Source: Octopus sinensis
Taxonomy: Eukaryota
Reading direction: 5' to 3'
Assembly: GCF_006345805.1 (NCBI RefSeq)
Contig: NC_043000.1
Span: 69,130,001 to 69,194,000, forward strand
Length of the DNA stretch: 64,000 nucleotides
In this document: positions 26,401 to 39,484 of the stretch, one piece after another
How the letters are laid out: each line of letters opens with the position of its first letter
Numbering within the stretch: position 1 is the first letter of the stretch
Made by a program: the position numbers and the translations under genes
Notes under the pieces: model-generated
The model's input: the letters and a program-made list of their open reading frames with translations, nothing else
Database searches by the model: none
What the model was told of the DNA's origin: nothing

Positions 26401-28380
26401 AAAAATCGCGTTGTCGCCGAAAAGGGCTGTGAGATCCCGTGGGTCGGAGAGCCTGGTTTCGCTAATGGCTGCTACATCCACTCTGTGCGACCTCAGGTCG
26501 TTTAAGAGGTGACCTTGTTTCCAAGGAGACTCGATGCCCCTGACATTTAATGGTATCGATTCTGAGCACAATCATGTCGAAAGATTTACAAAGGAGGAAA
26601 AGTTCTACTTACCGCTGTTGTCTGTTGGGGTGGCCCCCTTGTGTTTTCGCTTGGGTATTTCCACGAGATTTTTATATATTTTTTCGTGTGTTGTAAATTG
26701 TGTTGGTGCTTGAGGTGATAGTGCTGGAGGTGTTGTTGTTATTGAATGCTGTGTGTGCATGTGGTTGCTGCTGTTGTTGGGAAGCTCCGCTTCTTTGTGC
26801 GTCCCTACCTTTTCAATTGTTACTTTTGTTCTTTACTTTCTTTCTCGCTATCAGTACTCACCCTCCTGCTATCAGTACTCGAACTGACCGAGCTGATTTG
26901 GTAGGGAAAGGGGATGTCTTTGGGGGTATGTTTTTATTTTTTGTGGTGGGGCTTCACCAGCTGTTTCTGGTGGTGGTGTTATTGCTAGTAGTAGTGGTGG
27001 TGCTACTGGTGGTGTTGGTGGTGGTGTATGTACTCCGGATGCTGTCTGTGATGTTGGTGTTGGTCTGGCGATGGTTGGAGGTGGTGTCACTGTTACTGGT
27101 GATGTTGATGGTGCGGGAGGGTTTTTGGTTTCTGTTTCTGCTGCATCTCCTGCTGCTGTTGTGGCTGTTCCTGCTGCTGTCCTGGAGATGCCCCTGACAC
27201 TTGTGTTCTTTGTGCTACCTCCTTCTGCTCCTTGTATTTGGGGCAATCGACCTTCAAGTGCTTATCGCTCCCACAGAGATAGCACTTTGGTCTTCTTCCC
27301 TCCACAGTGACGTGGAGTCTTGTGCCGTCTGGTAAATTTATAGAGTCGGGTATGACATTTATGCTCTCTTGTTCAGTTTGAACGAGTAGCTGCATGCCCA
27401 AACCCGACCAGTTTTGGTGGTGCAATTTATGGACTTCTAAGTATTGTGGCAGTTTCCTCTATGTCTAAGAGGACAGCTGCTACTAGCCAGCGTATATTTA
27501 GTTCGGGTGGGGCTTCGTCTATTTTAATTTATTGTGACGCGCCGACCCAGGTATGTCGGCATGAGCATCAATTCTTCAGTTTTTAGGGGCACTGTGGAAT
27601 GCTGCTTTGCCTCCTGCTCAGTTGGAAAGCGAACTTCCACAGTGCCGAATCGCTTCCCCCTGGTCACATATGCGTTTTTTGACCATATTGGTATTAAAGC
27701 AATCTCCAACTACTGTGGAGTTGCCCATTCTATTTTCTTCTGTTTGGTGTTGAATATTTTATGTGATTGATTTTTCTGTTGGTTGCGTTGATTAATTCTT
27801 GTGGAGTGTTAAGGAAGACATTGTTTCCTTTCTTAACAACTTCTTTGTATTTTTATGCCCTCAATTGTTACTTGGATTTCTTCTGTTGTTTTGCCGCGGA
27901 TGCGAAACCATTGCACTTTACTTTGTTGTTGTCGTCGTAGATGCTTGTGTTGTTGGTGGCGTTGGTGGTGGTGGCGTTGGTGGTGGTGGCGTTGGTGGTG
28001 GTGGCGTTGGTGGTGTTGCCAGTGTTGGTACAACTGTTTCCACTTTTCTCTTCCTCCCTCTCCAGCGTAGGAGCAATAGTGGTGGTGAGAGCAAGGAAAT
28101 CCTCGTTCGAAAGGCGGTTCAATGAAAAACCTGCACTTTTCTCTCTAGCATTGCACGTACCGGAGCGCTTCTTCTCGTTATTTTCTGTGCTTTTTAAGGT
28201 GTGGAGCGGGCGGAGATAGCGTTCAAAATTTCTTTTTCTCAATCGTTCGACTGCAGAGGGTGTGATGCGTAAAGAAGAGAAGGACCTTACACTCCTCTCC
28301 AAAGACATTTTTGCAAAATTTGAAATGAAAAAAATCGAAATTGAAAAATTTCAAATGAAAAATTCGCCCCTAAAAGGGAA
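23488..28380 (-). mobile_element. Tx1-clade LINE copy 2, near full-length, degenerate with internal deletions
   Basis: ORF1 VTRGKRFGTVEVRF and VTVEGRRPKCYLCGSDKHLKVDCP. ORF2 NVRGIESPWKQGHLLND, LVGDWDA, KSPGLDGLPYELY-like, NFRPITLLNADLK, LDQSKAFDRVDH. The 3' end is TGTGGCCAATAAAAAG followed by (ATC)n. Confidence 0.93.
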
Positions 28381-28539
28381 GAATCTTGCCTAACCGATTA
28401 GCTCAGCAAGAGCCCAGTCGGCTTGGCTACAGAAATATCGAAAAAAATTCAAGAGATGCAACAAAATTTTCTATTAAAATTGGGCTCTCATCAATTTACC
28501 ATCTACTCCATACAACCGCAACATCTGCCACAATGCATC

Positions 28540-29000
28540 CCCATTCACTCTGTCATATGCCTTCTCTAGGTCCATAAAGGCTCAATACACCTTCCTCCTT
28601 TTTGCCAAAAACTTCTCATACATCTGTCTTATTACAAATATTTGATCTGTACACTCCCTTCCACTCCTAAAACCTCACTGCTCCTCCCCTAGTAACTCTC
28701 TTTCTGGTTCTTCACCCTAACAACCAGAATTCTCTCATTCAGTTTACTAACCACACACAACAAGCATGCCCCTAAAATTTCCACACTCACATTTATCCCC
28801 TTTCCTCTTGTACAATGGCACTATACAAGCACTGCACCAGTCCTTTGGTACTCTTCCAGCCATATAACAAACTTTCATAAGCCTTACTAACCATTCAATC
28901 ACTGTTACTCCTCCTTTCTTAAGGCATTCCACTGTACACTCATCTATATCTGGCACCTTCCAGTTTACCATCTTTCGCAGGGGTTCACTCACCTCCTCTT
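28540..29000 (-). pseudogene. RTE-like LINE RT fragment
   Basis: ECLKKGGVTVIEWLVRL..VP.DW..ACIVPLYK.KGDK.ECGNFRG, then AFMDLEKAYDRV. Confidence 0.8.
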
Positions 29001-29009
29001 ACCAGTTGC

Positions 29010-30367
29010 ACAGATACAACACATACAAATGAAAGAGAAAATAAAAAAAGAATACTATAGACGAGTTAGATTAATACTGAAAACAGAGCTCAATGCGAAA
29101 AACAAGATAATAGGTATCAACACTCTAGCCGTCCTAGTTATAAGTTACAGCTACATTATCCTTAACTAGGCACTAAATGAACTAACCAAAATAGACAGGA
29201 AAACAAGAAGGAATAATATCAGGATTTAGGATGCACAAACCAAAATCTAACAGAGAAAGGTTATATATACAACGTAAAGAAGGTGGTGGATGCCTTCTAC
29301 AGCTAGAAAACTATTACAAAATAACCACTATAGGACTACAAAAATAACTACTTCAAAAAGCAAGGAAAGCTAATTCAAATAGCGACAAAACACGAACAAA
29401 ACAAAAAACTGTTTTTAGTCTTTAAGGAAGCTGACAAATACTTAACAACTATGAAGAAAAAGAAGAAACAACAAAAGCTGTAAAACAACTGAAATCCAAA
29501 CTAAAATTGGAACAGCAACGGGTCATGATAAAACGGTGGCAAGAAACATGGCACAAACATACATGGCAATTATTGGGGTAAACAAAACGCAATAGAAATA
29601 GACAAAGCAAAATTCCAAGAATGGCTGAGAAGCTCAGGACTCAAAGCAGAGACTGAATGATTTTTAATTGCAGCACTAAACCAAAGTCTCCCCACCAGAA
29701 ATTACCAAAAACATATGATGAAAAGAAACATAACAAGTAACTGCAGAATATGTGGAGATGGACAAGAAACAATAAATCATATTGTCTCTGGCTGCCCAGT
29801 CTTGGCTAAGAAGGAATATATTCACAGACACGACAGAGTTAGGACCTACATACGCTGGAATTTATGCCAACACTATGGAATAGCACCAGAAAAAAGATGG
29901 TATAGGCACACGCCAGAAAAGGTCACAGAAAATGAGAAAGAAGCCATACTCTGGGATATGCCAATACACACAGATAGAGAAATTAAGGCCAATAGGCCAG
30001 ATATAAATGTCAGAGATCATCAAGAAAAAAAATGCTTTTTAACTGACAACGCCTCTCTAAAAGAAATGGAGAAACTTTTAAAATACAAAGACCTGGAAAT
30101 AGAGGTAACAGAAACAATTCCTATCATAATAGGCGCATAAGGTACGAAAAAAGAAACAATCAGATAAATACATAACAAAAACACCATGACTAACAAATAT
30201 ATATAACACACAGAAAATAGCATTACTAGGCACCACACACATCCTACGTAAAACGCTTTGAATACAGTAACTATAAGAGCATCAAAACAAACCACAGTAC
30301 ATACCCAAGGGACACAGAGGTGCGCTCGGTAGTGAAGTAAAAGCATGTGATAAAAATAAGACTACTG
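29010..30367 (+). mobile_element. Dong-like LINE copy B, 5'-truncated, intact 3' end with (AAT)n tail
   Basis: CRICGDGQETINHIVSGC, WDMPIHTDREIKANRPDI. 3' end GGTAGTGAAG..AAAGC..ATAAAAATAA.ACTACTG matches copy E. Confidence 0.9.
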
Positions 30368-30407
30368 ATTAATAATAATAATAATAATAATAATAATGAT
30401 GATGATG

Positions 30408-30453
<46 letters not shown>

Positions 30454-30473
30454 TGATGATGATAATAATAATA

Positions 30474-30530
<57 letters not shown>

Positions 30531-30539
30531 TAATAATAA

Positions 30540-30994
30540 TAAGCCCCTTCATGGTAAATACTGGACTAAACTAAACGCAAAAGAAATAGACAAAGAAAAA
30601 TCCCAGCAATGGTTGAGAAGCTCAGGACTCAAAGCAGAGACAGAGGGATTTTTAATTGCAGCACAAGACCAAAGCCTCCCCACCAGAAATTACCAAAAAC
30701 ATGTAATGAAAAGAAATCTGGAAACATGGGTGTATCGTTCAACATCCTTAAACAACCCTTATTCAGGGACCTTTTGAGCGGGATGGGTTACTCGATCAGA
30801 AGAAAATTCTAACTGGGCCCCACCTGCAAGGTCATGTGCTGTTTATCTTGATATGAGATCACCATGTCGCGCACATATGGTTGTAATGCATGTGCCTCGT
30901 GTACCTTTATCAGACGGATAGTCATGATGGGTATACTGGGCTTCGTATATTTTACCCCAGTGTCACTTTGATGGCATGCACTGCTCTCTCACTC
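30540..30994 (+). mobile_element. Chimera: ~180 bp Dong ORF fragment joined to the 3' ~280 bp of element D
   Basis: Junction AAAAGAAAT|CTGGAAACATGG at 30717/30718; (AAT)n on both sides. Confidence 0.88.
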
Positions 30995-31001
30995 AATAAT
31001 A

Positions 31002-31052
<51 letters not shown>

Positions 31053-31063
31053 GAAGAAGAAGA

Positions 31064-31425
31064 ATCCTTTCTACTATAGGCGCAAGGTCTGGAATTTGGG
31101 GACAAGGGATTAGTCAATTACATCGACCCCAGTTTTTCACTGGTACTTAATTCATCGACCCCGAAAGGATGAAAAAGCAAAGTCGACCTCGGCTGAATTT
31201 GAACTCAGAACGTGAAGACGGGCGAAATACCGCTAAGCACTTCACCCGACTTGATAACGATTATGCCAGGTCGCTGTCTTAACAACAACAACAACAACAA
31301 CAACAAACATCATACTTTCCTTGCAAAGTCTACCTCGGCGGAATTTGGACTCGGAACGTTGCGCCGGGCGAAATACCGCTAAGCATTTCGTCCAGCGTGC
31401 TAACGATACTGTAAGCTCACCGCCT
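31064..31425 (-). mobile_element. Two SINE A copies (one complete, one head-only) separated by (AAC)n
   Basis: Shared core and B-box GAGTTCAAATTC / GAGTCCAAATTC. Confidence 0.85.
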
Positions 31426-31449
31426 CGATCGCACTACTCAAAAGACAAT

Positions 31450-32480
31450 AACAATGCATGGTGCCCTCCACCCTAAGGCAAATGTACATAGGATCTACAT
31501 GAAGAGAGGTAAAGGCGGACATGGGATGATTAGCGTACGGGAGTGCATCAACAGTGAAAGAAGGAACATGGCAGAATATTTGATAAGCAACAACAAGACC
31601 TGCTACGGTATGCTGCTAGTGCAGAAGGAGTTAACAAAAATGGACTTAAGAGTGCTCATGAATTCCGATCAAGAACAGCCAACGAGAGAGAAGAAACCCT
31701 ACTCCGTATGAAATTACACGGTCTGTTCCACCGTGAAACCAACAAATTAAAAGACCAGGAAACATCATGGAAGTGGCTCAACAAGGGTAACCTAAAAAAG
31801 AATACTGAAAGCCTAATCGTCGCTGCCCAGGATCAGGCATTAGTTACCAACTCAGTGAAAAAGATTATATACCACACAAATGCAACGAAGCTCTGCAGAA
31901 TGTGTGGGAAGAGGGTCGAAAGCGTGACTCATATTGTTAGTGCTTGTGAAAGTTTTGCTCAGAAAGAGTACAAGCGTAGACACGACAAGATAGCCCCAAA
32001 CCTGCACCGGCTACTATGCCGTAAGTATGGATATGAGGCTACAGGTGCTTAGTACCAACATACATCGGAAAAGGTAATGGACAAAAAGGGGAAGGCAAAA
32101 ATCTTCTGGGACTTTGATTTCCAGACAGACAAGGTGTTAGAGAACCGAAGGCCGGATATAGTGACCTTTAGTGGGGACAAACAAGAGTGCCTAGTAATTG
32201 ACATGGTAGTGCCAGATCAACATATCATCATGAATGAAAGAGAAAAGGTTGATAAATATGGATATCTGAGAATTGAGATCGCTAAAATGTGATAGCTACG
32301 AGTGTCGAACATAAAGGTTATCCCTGTTGTCATCGGAGCATTGGGTTCAATACCACCCAATCATCTGAAAACCTTAGAAATACCCTACAATATAGATGTA
32401 TTGCAAAAGTCGGCATTACTTGGAACTGCATGCATATTGCGTAAAGTACTATCTATCTGAGGTCCTTGCTGTGACTTGAC
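31450..32480 (+). mobile_element. Second R4-clade RLE LINE family (F), 5'-truncated
   Basis: LHPKANVHRIY..R.KGG.G, TESLIVAAQDQAL, CRMCG..VESVTHIVSAC, WDFDFQTDK..NRRPDIV, IPVVIGALG. Confidence 0.88.
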
Positions 32481-32682
32481 AAATATCTTTAATCAACAAC
32501 CTCGCGATATTGTATACTGTGCGACGCCTATAATTGTATGCATGTATGTGTATATGTATGTGTGTATATATATATATATGTATGTGTATATATATATATT
32601 TCTATATACGGTATACACACATGTATGTATATATAAATTATATGCATAATTAAATTAAAGGAAATATTCAAATAATATTCTT

Positions 32683-33066
32683 TTCTACTCTATGCACAAG
32701 GCTCGAAATTTTGGGGGTGGGGGCCAGTCGATTAGATTGACCCCAGTGCGTAACTGGTACTTAATTTATCGACCCCGAAAGGATGAAAGGCAAAGACGAC
32801 CTCGGCGGAGTTTGAACTCAGAATGTAAACGCAGACAAAATACCTATTTCTTTACTACCCACAAGGGGCTAAACACAGAGAGGACAAACAAAGACAGACA
32901 AACAGATTAAGTCGATTATATCGAACCCAGTGCGTAACTGGTACTTATTTAATCGGCCCCGAAAGGATAAAAGGCAAAGTCGACCTCGGTGGAATATGAA
33001 CTCAGAACGTAGCGGTATACGAAATACTGCCAAGAATTTCGCCCGGCGTGCTAACGGTTCTGCCAA
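32683..33066 (-). mobile_element. Two abutting SINE A copies with different 3' tails
   Basis: The core occurs twice. Tail 1 (CACAAGGCTCGAAATTTTGGGGG) is at 32683 and tail 2 (CACAAGGGGCTAAACACAGAG) at 32846. Confidence 0.85.
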
Positions 33067-34013
33067 CAAACTAGTGTATAAAATAACAAATACCATAACT
33101 TAATTTGCTATTGAAAGTACGTTTATGCACTTATCAGTCAGTAGATAAGTGATAATTACTAGGATGGAAAACAATGACTCTATTATCACAGCTAATTTGT
33201 TAAATATCTAAAAATATTAATTCGTGGAAAAGCGCCGAGCACGACCCTACATAACAAATTGGTGACGTGTCTATTTAAAATACTACTCTTTGTAATATCG
33301 CAATAGAGACAACTTTATCCAGTGGGCGAGAGATAACTTTTATAGCTTAAGCAATACTAGAATATATAATTTGCATATATATTTTATGAGATAATCAAAG
33401 GTAGAAAGTAAGTAACCATTAAGTTTACAGGCCCTGACTGTTTAGATTGAGTCGGTGAGCCAATGCTTAATGCATGTTGTGTTTCAGTCTTTTCTACTAT
33501 CTTTTCCACTGCATAGTTTTCTTTTAGACGTAATCTGAGACATTAGTCTGTTTAGCAGCAACTCTACCCCATAGATGTTCTGACTCCAAAGTACAGACCC
33601 TGTCTTATGCAACAGTTTTCATAATTTATGAATGTGAAGTACTCTGAAAGGGTATCAGAAGTGATGAGGCTCAAGTATTTCCAACCACTGATTGTAATCA
33701 TCCTAGGAATAAAAACTGTGATCTTGAGAGACATGTGACTCGTGGAAACGCTCGTGGCGATGCATTAAATGTTATGTGGGTATTTCATCAGGGGAGAATT
33801 TTCCCAAAAAGGAGTTACATTTCAACGTGTTGCTTGACCTACGACAGACTTCATTTAATTCAATTTCTGTAATTGAACTATTTTTAAATGGAACGGGTGT
33901 AGGACAGGAATTTCATAATATGGATGTGAAAATCTTTGAATAAACTGGTGTCTACTTATCAATTTCTCCATTTTCTTCATTTTCTCATTCATAAATATTT
34001 TAGATACCTATAC

Positions 34014-34081
<68 letters not shown>

Positions 34082-34188
34082 ATGCAAAACATATATATTT
34101 AGTTTTCACTGAATACTAGTATACAGCGGAGAACTAGGATGCTAGCATCCCTTAGAGAATTATAGGTTCTTGACACAATTATATGTAT

Positions 34189-34242
<54 letters not shown>

Positions 34243-34294
34243 AATATATACATATACACATATATGTACACACACACATATGTAGAATAATTCT

Positions 34295-34397
34295 GCCTAC
34301 TGGAAGCACAAAACCTCAAATTTTGGGTAAGGGACTAAGTCAATAACATCGATCCCAGTGCGTAACTGGTATTTAATCGATCCCGAAAGGATGAAAG
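34295..34397 (-). mobile_element. SINE A 3' half
   Basis: Tail plus ATCGATCCCGAAAGGATGAAAG. Confidence 0.75.
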
Positions 34398-34399
34398 AT

Positions 34400-34845
34400 T
34401 ATCGCGTGCATGAAGAAGACAGTGATGTAATGGTACGGGGAGTGATCACTGTTGCTGGTCCTGGTTCACCTATTCGCCTACAAGGGACAGTCAATGCTGA
34501 AGTCTACAAGCAGATTCTTAGACAACATGCCCTTCCACATCTCCGATCCTCGTCAGTTCAACCTCCTATCTTCGTGCAGGACAACGCTCCCTGTCACACT
34601 GCGAAGAGAGTCAAATATTTTCAAAGTGATGAAGGGGTTGATCTCATGAACTGGCTACCTCAAACACCCGATATCAACCTTATAAAAAACGTTTGAAAGA
34701 TTATCGGTGATGGGGCGCGAAGAAGAAATCCAAAGAACCGAGTTGGATTATTGAAACACGAATGGACCAATATTACTTCATTTTGCAAGAAATTAATTCA
34801 GTCCTGTGGTAACAGATGACAGGAGGTCGTTGAAAGTATAGGGAT
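34400..34845 (+). pseudogene. Tc1 (DD34E-type) transposase C-terminal fragment
   Basis: VMV.G.I...GPG....L.GTVNA.VYK.IL, FVQDNAPCHTAK, W.PQTPDIN.I.NV. Confidence 0.85.
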
Positions 34846-34849
34846 ACTC

Positions 34850-35053
34850 TCTTTTACTCTTTTACTTGTTTCAGTCATTTGACTGCGTCCATGCTGAAGC
34901 ACTGCCTTTAGTCGAGCAAATCGACCCCAAGACTTATTCTTTGTAAGCCTAGTACTTATTCTATCGGTCTCTTTTGCCGAACTGCTAACTTACGGGAACG
35001 TAAACACACCAGCATCTGTTGTCAAGCGATGTTGGGGGGACGCAGACACGCAA

Positions 35054-35091
<38 letters not shown>

Positions 35092-35120
35092 AAACATACA
35101 TAAATACATACATACATACA

Positions 35121-35184
<64 letters not shown>

Positions 35185-35345
35185 AATATACGACGGGCTT
35201 CTTTCAGTTTCCGTCTACCAAATCCACTCACAAGGCTTTGGTCGGCCCGAGGATATAGTAGAAGACACTTGCCCAAGGTGCCACGCAGTGGCACTGAACC
35301 CAGAACCATGTGAATGGTAAGCAAGCTACTTACCAGACAGCCACT
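34850..35345 (-). mobile_element. SINE family B copy
   Basis: See 9985-10452. Confidence 0.9.
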
Positions 35346-35638
35346 CCTGCGCCTATGTTCACAAAATATTAATAGCAAGGGTTTCTTTTTTCTTCCTGTT
35401 CCATTTCTCATTGTTTTTATGTGACACTTAACTTTTGGCCGTTGCAGTCAGTAAGATTATTTGTTTATTTCGTCATAACTTACGAAATATCAATTCTATT
35501 CACTTGAAATTTTCACGAAAGATAGATATTAGATATATTTAAATAGGTGTAAAATATCATGTCTCAACGTGTTGTTAATCTACTATAATAACTTTTTCAA
35601 TACACTTGTTCTTACAGAACCTTATATTATGATCGCTA

Positions 35639-35703
<65 letters not shown>

Positions 35704-35759
35704 TATATATATAATATATATATATATACACACACACATATATATATATATACACATAT

Positions 35760-35888
<129 letters not shown>

Positions 35889-36277
35889 TAATACATATGT
35901 ATACATATATTACACACACAGATACACGCGCGCGCGAACACACACACATATAATTTATCATAATAAATGTGAGTGGTTAATAAAAATTTTTGCTATGCAT
36001 TACAGATGTCAGAATAATCATACAGAACTCATCTTAAAGCAGAGAAAATGAAGTTAAAGAAAAAAGAAAAGGGAGAGAAGGAGGAGATAGAAAGAAAGAG
36101 AAGGGAAATTCAAGTAAATAAGTACATAAATAAATAATAAATGCATGATTAAGCAGACAAATAAATAATAAATGCTTGATTAAACAGCGAATGTCCAGTA
36201 AAAGAAAGAAAGGAAAAGGAAGCAAGGAGAATAAGGAAAGAGAGAAAACCCTCACACAAATATGACAAACAATATTC

Positions 36278-36495
36278 TTTTCTACTCTAGGCACAAGGCC
36301 CGAATTTTTTGGGGGAGGTGCCAGTCAATTAGATAGACCCCAGTACGAAACTGGCACTTAATTTATCGACACCGAAAAGATAAAAGGCAAAGTCGACCTT
36401 GGCGGAATTCGAACTCAGAACATAAAGACAGACGAAACACCACTAAGTATTTCGCCCGGCGTGCTAATGCTAACGTCTCTGCCAGCTCACCACCT
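36278..36495 (-). mobile_element. SINE A complete copy (tail 1)
   Basis: Head AGGTGGTGAGCTGGCAGA, B-box, core and tail all present. Confidence 0.88.
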
Positions 36496-37154
36496 TTAGA
36501 TATGACGAACAGTATTGCTTGCAAATATGGTATGATGTGCATATACGCATCACACGCAGATGCGCAAACATATATTTAAACAAGCATACAAGATCACGAG
36601 TTGTTGCCACGTCAACTGTGAAAAAAAAATTGATAAACGATTGATAAAAGATGGGTAGCCCATAAAACAACCCGCACCCAATTGATTAGGAAGGGAGTAT
36701 AAATTAGAGCAGTTTAAGTTGCACGCAGTAACAACAGCGTTTCGGGTCACTCTTTTTAATTATATCTAGGAAAACGCTCAATCCCAGTACTGAGGCATGT
36801 CGTTTCATGCTATTGAACGAACATCGCTCCTATAAACTTGATCATCTAAACCCACTCAAAACAGACGTTTCTGCTACACCAATAAAATTTTCCCAGCTCA
36901 TGCTTTGTAAAACAATTAATAGATTAAGTAAAATAAAAGAAATTCATTTGGCATGGATATACATGAAAGCTGATTTTGGTCATTGATGGCCATTACGTGG
37001 TCCTTTTTTTACTTTGCCACTTCAAGTTATTTACCTATACCTTACATAATCTCTGGGACACCTTTCCTCCACATTTTCTCTTCAGCAATTAGGCGACAAC
37101 TAATTACCATGGCTGGAAATAAGTTATATAATTAATACGGTTGGTACTTAGTGT

Positions 37155-37700
37155 ATATTAAATGGCTGATCCGATTATTAAAAATTGGTCTTACTTTAAG
37201 AAATCGACCTTAGATCTACAATTACAAGAGGTGCTCAAAGTGATGGCAATTAGCTTCCAGACATTTATTAGTACGGCGAACTGCTACTTGAGCAATGTTA
37301 ACCGAAAGAGTCCAGTGGAATTGCTGCACATGCCATTCCAATACTATTGCAGTACTATGTGTTTCGAACTTATAAGGAATCCGTGAAATTGTCAGGCATG
37401 TTGGAGGTTCTGTTCGAAACTCAGGTCTCCATTGTTGTTGAACTTAACAACATTCACAAATTTGAAATACCACTTTAAAATGGTCTTACGTTCCTTAAAC
37501 AATAGCCAATACCTCTGCCATTTTGCCACTGTTGCTCACGGTAGCAGAAAGAAACATTCCAGTCTTTTTAATCTCAAAACATGACCATTAACTGTTTCAA
37601 ACCTCAACAATTGATCAAGCGTCACCTGACATTTTCAATATCACACCTTAACAACAATAAATATAAAATTTGTCATTAAAACCACTAGGCTACGCGCCTT
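37155..37700 (-). mobile_element. Internally deleted mariner-type element (DUF4817-like N-terminus joined to C-terminus)
   Basis: ERKTILKWYFKF.NV / VQQQWRPEFRTEPPTCLTISRI..KFETH, joined almost directly to RRTNKCLEAN.HHFEHLL*. Confidence 0.6.
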
Positions 37701-37815
37701 TACTTATATATAAATGCATGCATACATACATACATTATACATACATACATACATACATACATACATACATACATACATACATACATACATACATACATGC
37801 ATGCATGCATACATA

Positions 37816-38912
37816 CGCCTCTACCTAAAACGAAAACAAGGCGGCAGAGGCTTAACATCGATCCAAAATGCCTTTGAATGTCGCATCATATCCCTTCGGC
37901 AACATCTTTTAACCACCAAGTGTCGAAGTGCATCCCTTGACCAAGTTTGCATACATGAGGCTGATAACATCATAAGACTTGGAAAGCAGCTCCTTGAGCA
38001 ACACTCTTTGTCTGATAACCTAGAATAGATGCCCAAAGAAGTCGCATGTCTCTACTGCAACATATCATCAGATGAAAGTGTGAGCCTATATGAGCAGAAG
38101 CCTATGTCTGGATATGTTAGTAGAAAGCTCCGTGATGATAGTAACATCGATCATCAAAGCAGTTTACCATGGACGAATAGCCGGATTACTACATCCCACT
38201 TTCAAGGGTATGCGTTTGCAATCCAGAAAAAGGAAACATCAACCAAGTACCTGATGCGCAAAAGGGAAAGAGATGTAGGAAAAGCCGTAAAATGTGATAA
38301 CCGAAGCAGACTTTGTGGAGTTCACACTGAAGATATTACCCACATGATAAGCAGTTGTTCGAAAATGTCATCACGGTATTATCTACCGATGAGACATGAT
38401 GTTGTAGTTAGGTCACTCTATAATGAAACCCGTCGGAAGGATAATCCCAATGACAAAGAAATTAGAATCCAAAGTCGGAAGGATAATCCCGAAGACAAAG
38501 AAATAAAAACCCACAATATAGTAGAAGCCATAGCCACTCATAATAAAATTGAAAATGGTGGAATGTACCAGTGAAGACCTCAATAATATGTAAAAAGAAC
38601 AGACTTGATATAATGATTTGGGATAAAGAGAAACTGTGCACAGATGTGGAAATTAGCTGCCCAGCGGATGTTAACATATAGCTGAAGATCAGTAAAAAAG
38701 AGAACACCTATGTTGAACTATTGAGAAATCTGCAGTTACTCTATCTAGATTATAAATCCAGGTTTATACCTGTCATTATTGGAGCCATGGATATGTAACA
38801 CACTGCTTAAATACCAATCTTGAGAAGTTAGGCTTCTCAAAACCAGAAAGGAGAAAGCTAATTTGAAGTCTACAGATTCAATCCATCACTAGAACTGTAA
38901 AAAACTGCAAAA
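37816..38912 (+). mobile_element. Third RLE LINE family (G), 5'-truncated, flanked by (ACAT)n on both sides
   Basis: RLYLKRKQGGRGL, RLCG...EDITHMISSC, RHDVV, RP.D-like region, IPVIIGA. Contains a diverged in-frame 42-nt tandem duplication near 38432-38515. Confidence 0.85.
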
Positions 38913-39137
38913 CATACATACATACATACATACATACATACATACAAACAAACAAACAAACAAACAAACAAACAAACGAAAATACCCGATTGTTGATGTT
39001 GAAGGAACCTTGGCTCTAAGTTAGAAACCGGTTCTTTCTCTATTGGCAAGAAATCTTGAAAGAAACTGAATAATGACATACATACAGATGTACACTTGCA
39101 CTATTGTAAGAGATTATATATATATATATATATATAT

Positions 39138-39350
39138 TTCTTTACTGCCCGCAAGGGGCTAAACATAGAGGGGACAAACATGGGACTAAGTCGATTACAT
39201 AGACCCCAGTGCGAAACTGGTACTTTATTTATCGACCCTGAAAGGATGAAAGGCAAAGTCGACCTCGGCGGAATTTGAACTCACAACGTAACGACAGACG
39301 AAATACCGCTTAGCATTTCGCCCGGCGCGCTAACGTTTCTGCCAGCTCGC
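39138..39350 (-). mobile_element. SINE A complete copy (tail 2)
   Basis: Near-consensus core and head GGCGAGCTGGCAGAAACGTTAGC. Confidence 0.92.
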
Positions 39351-39351
39351 C

Positions 39352-39444
<93 letters not shown>

Positions 39445-39453
39445 TGTGGTGTG

Positions 39454-39484
<31 letters not shown>

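Noticed and set aside
39290-39350. tRNA gene
   Set aside because: A/B-box-like heads are followed by SINE cores and do not form complete cloverleaves; the same holds for all other SINE heads.
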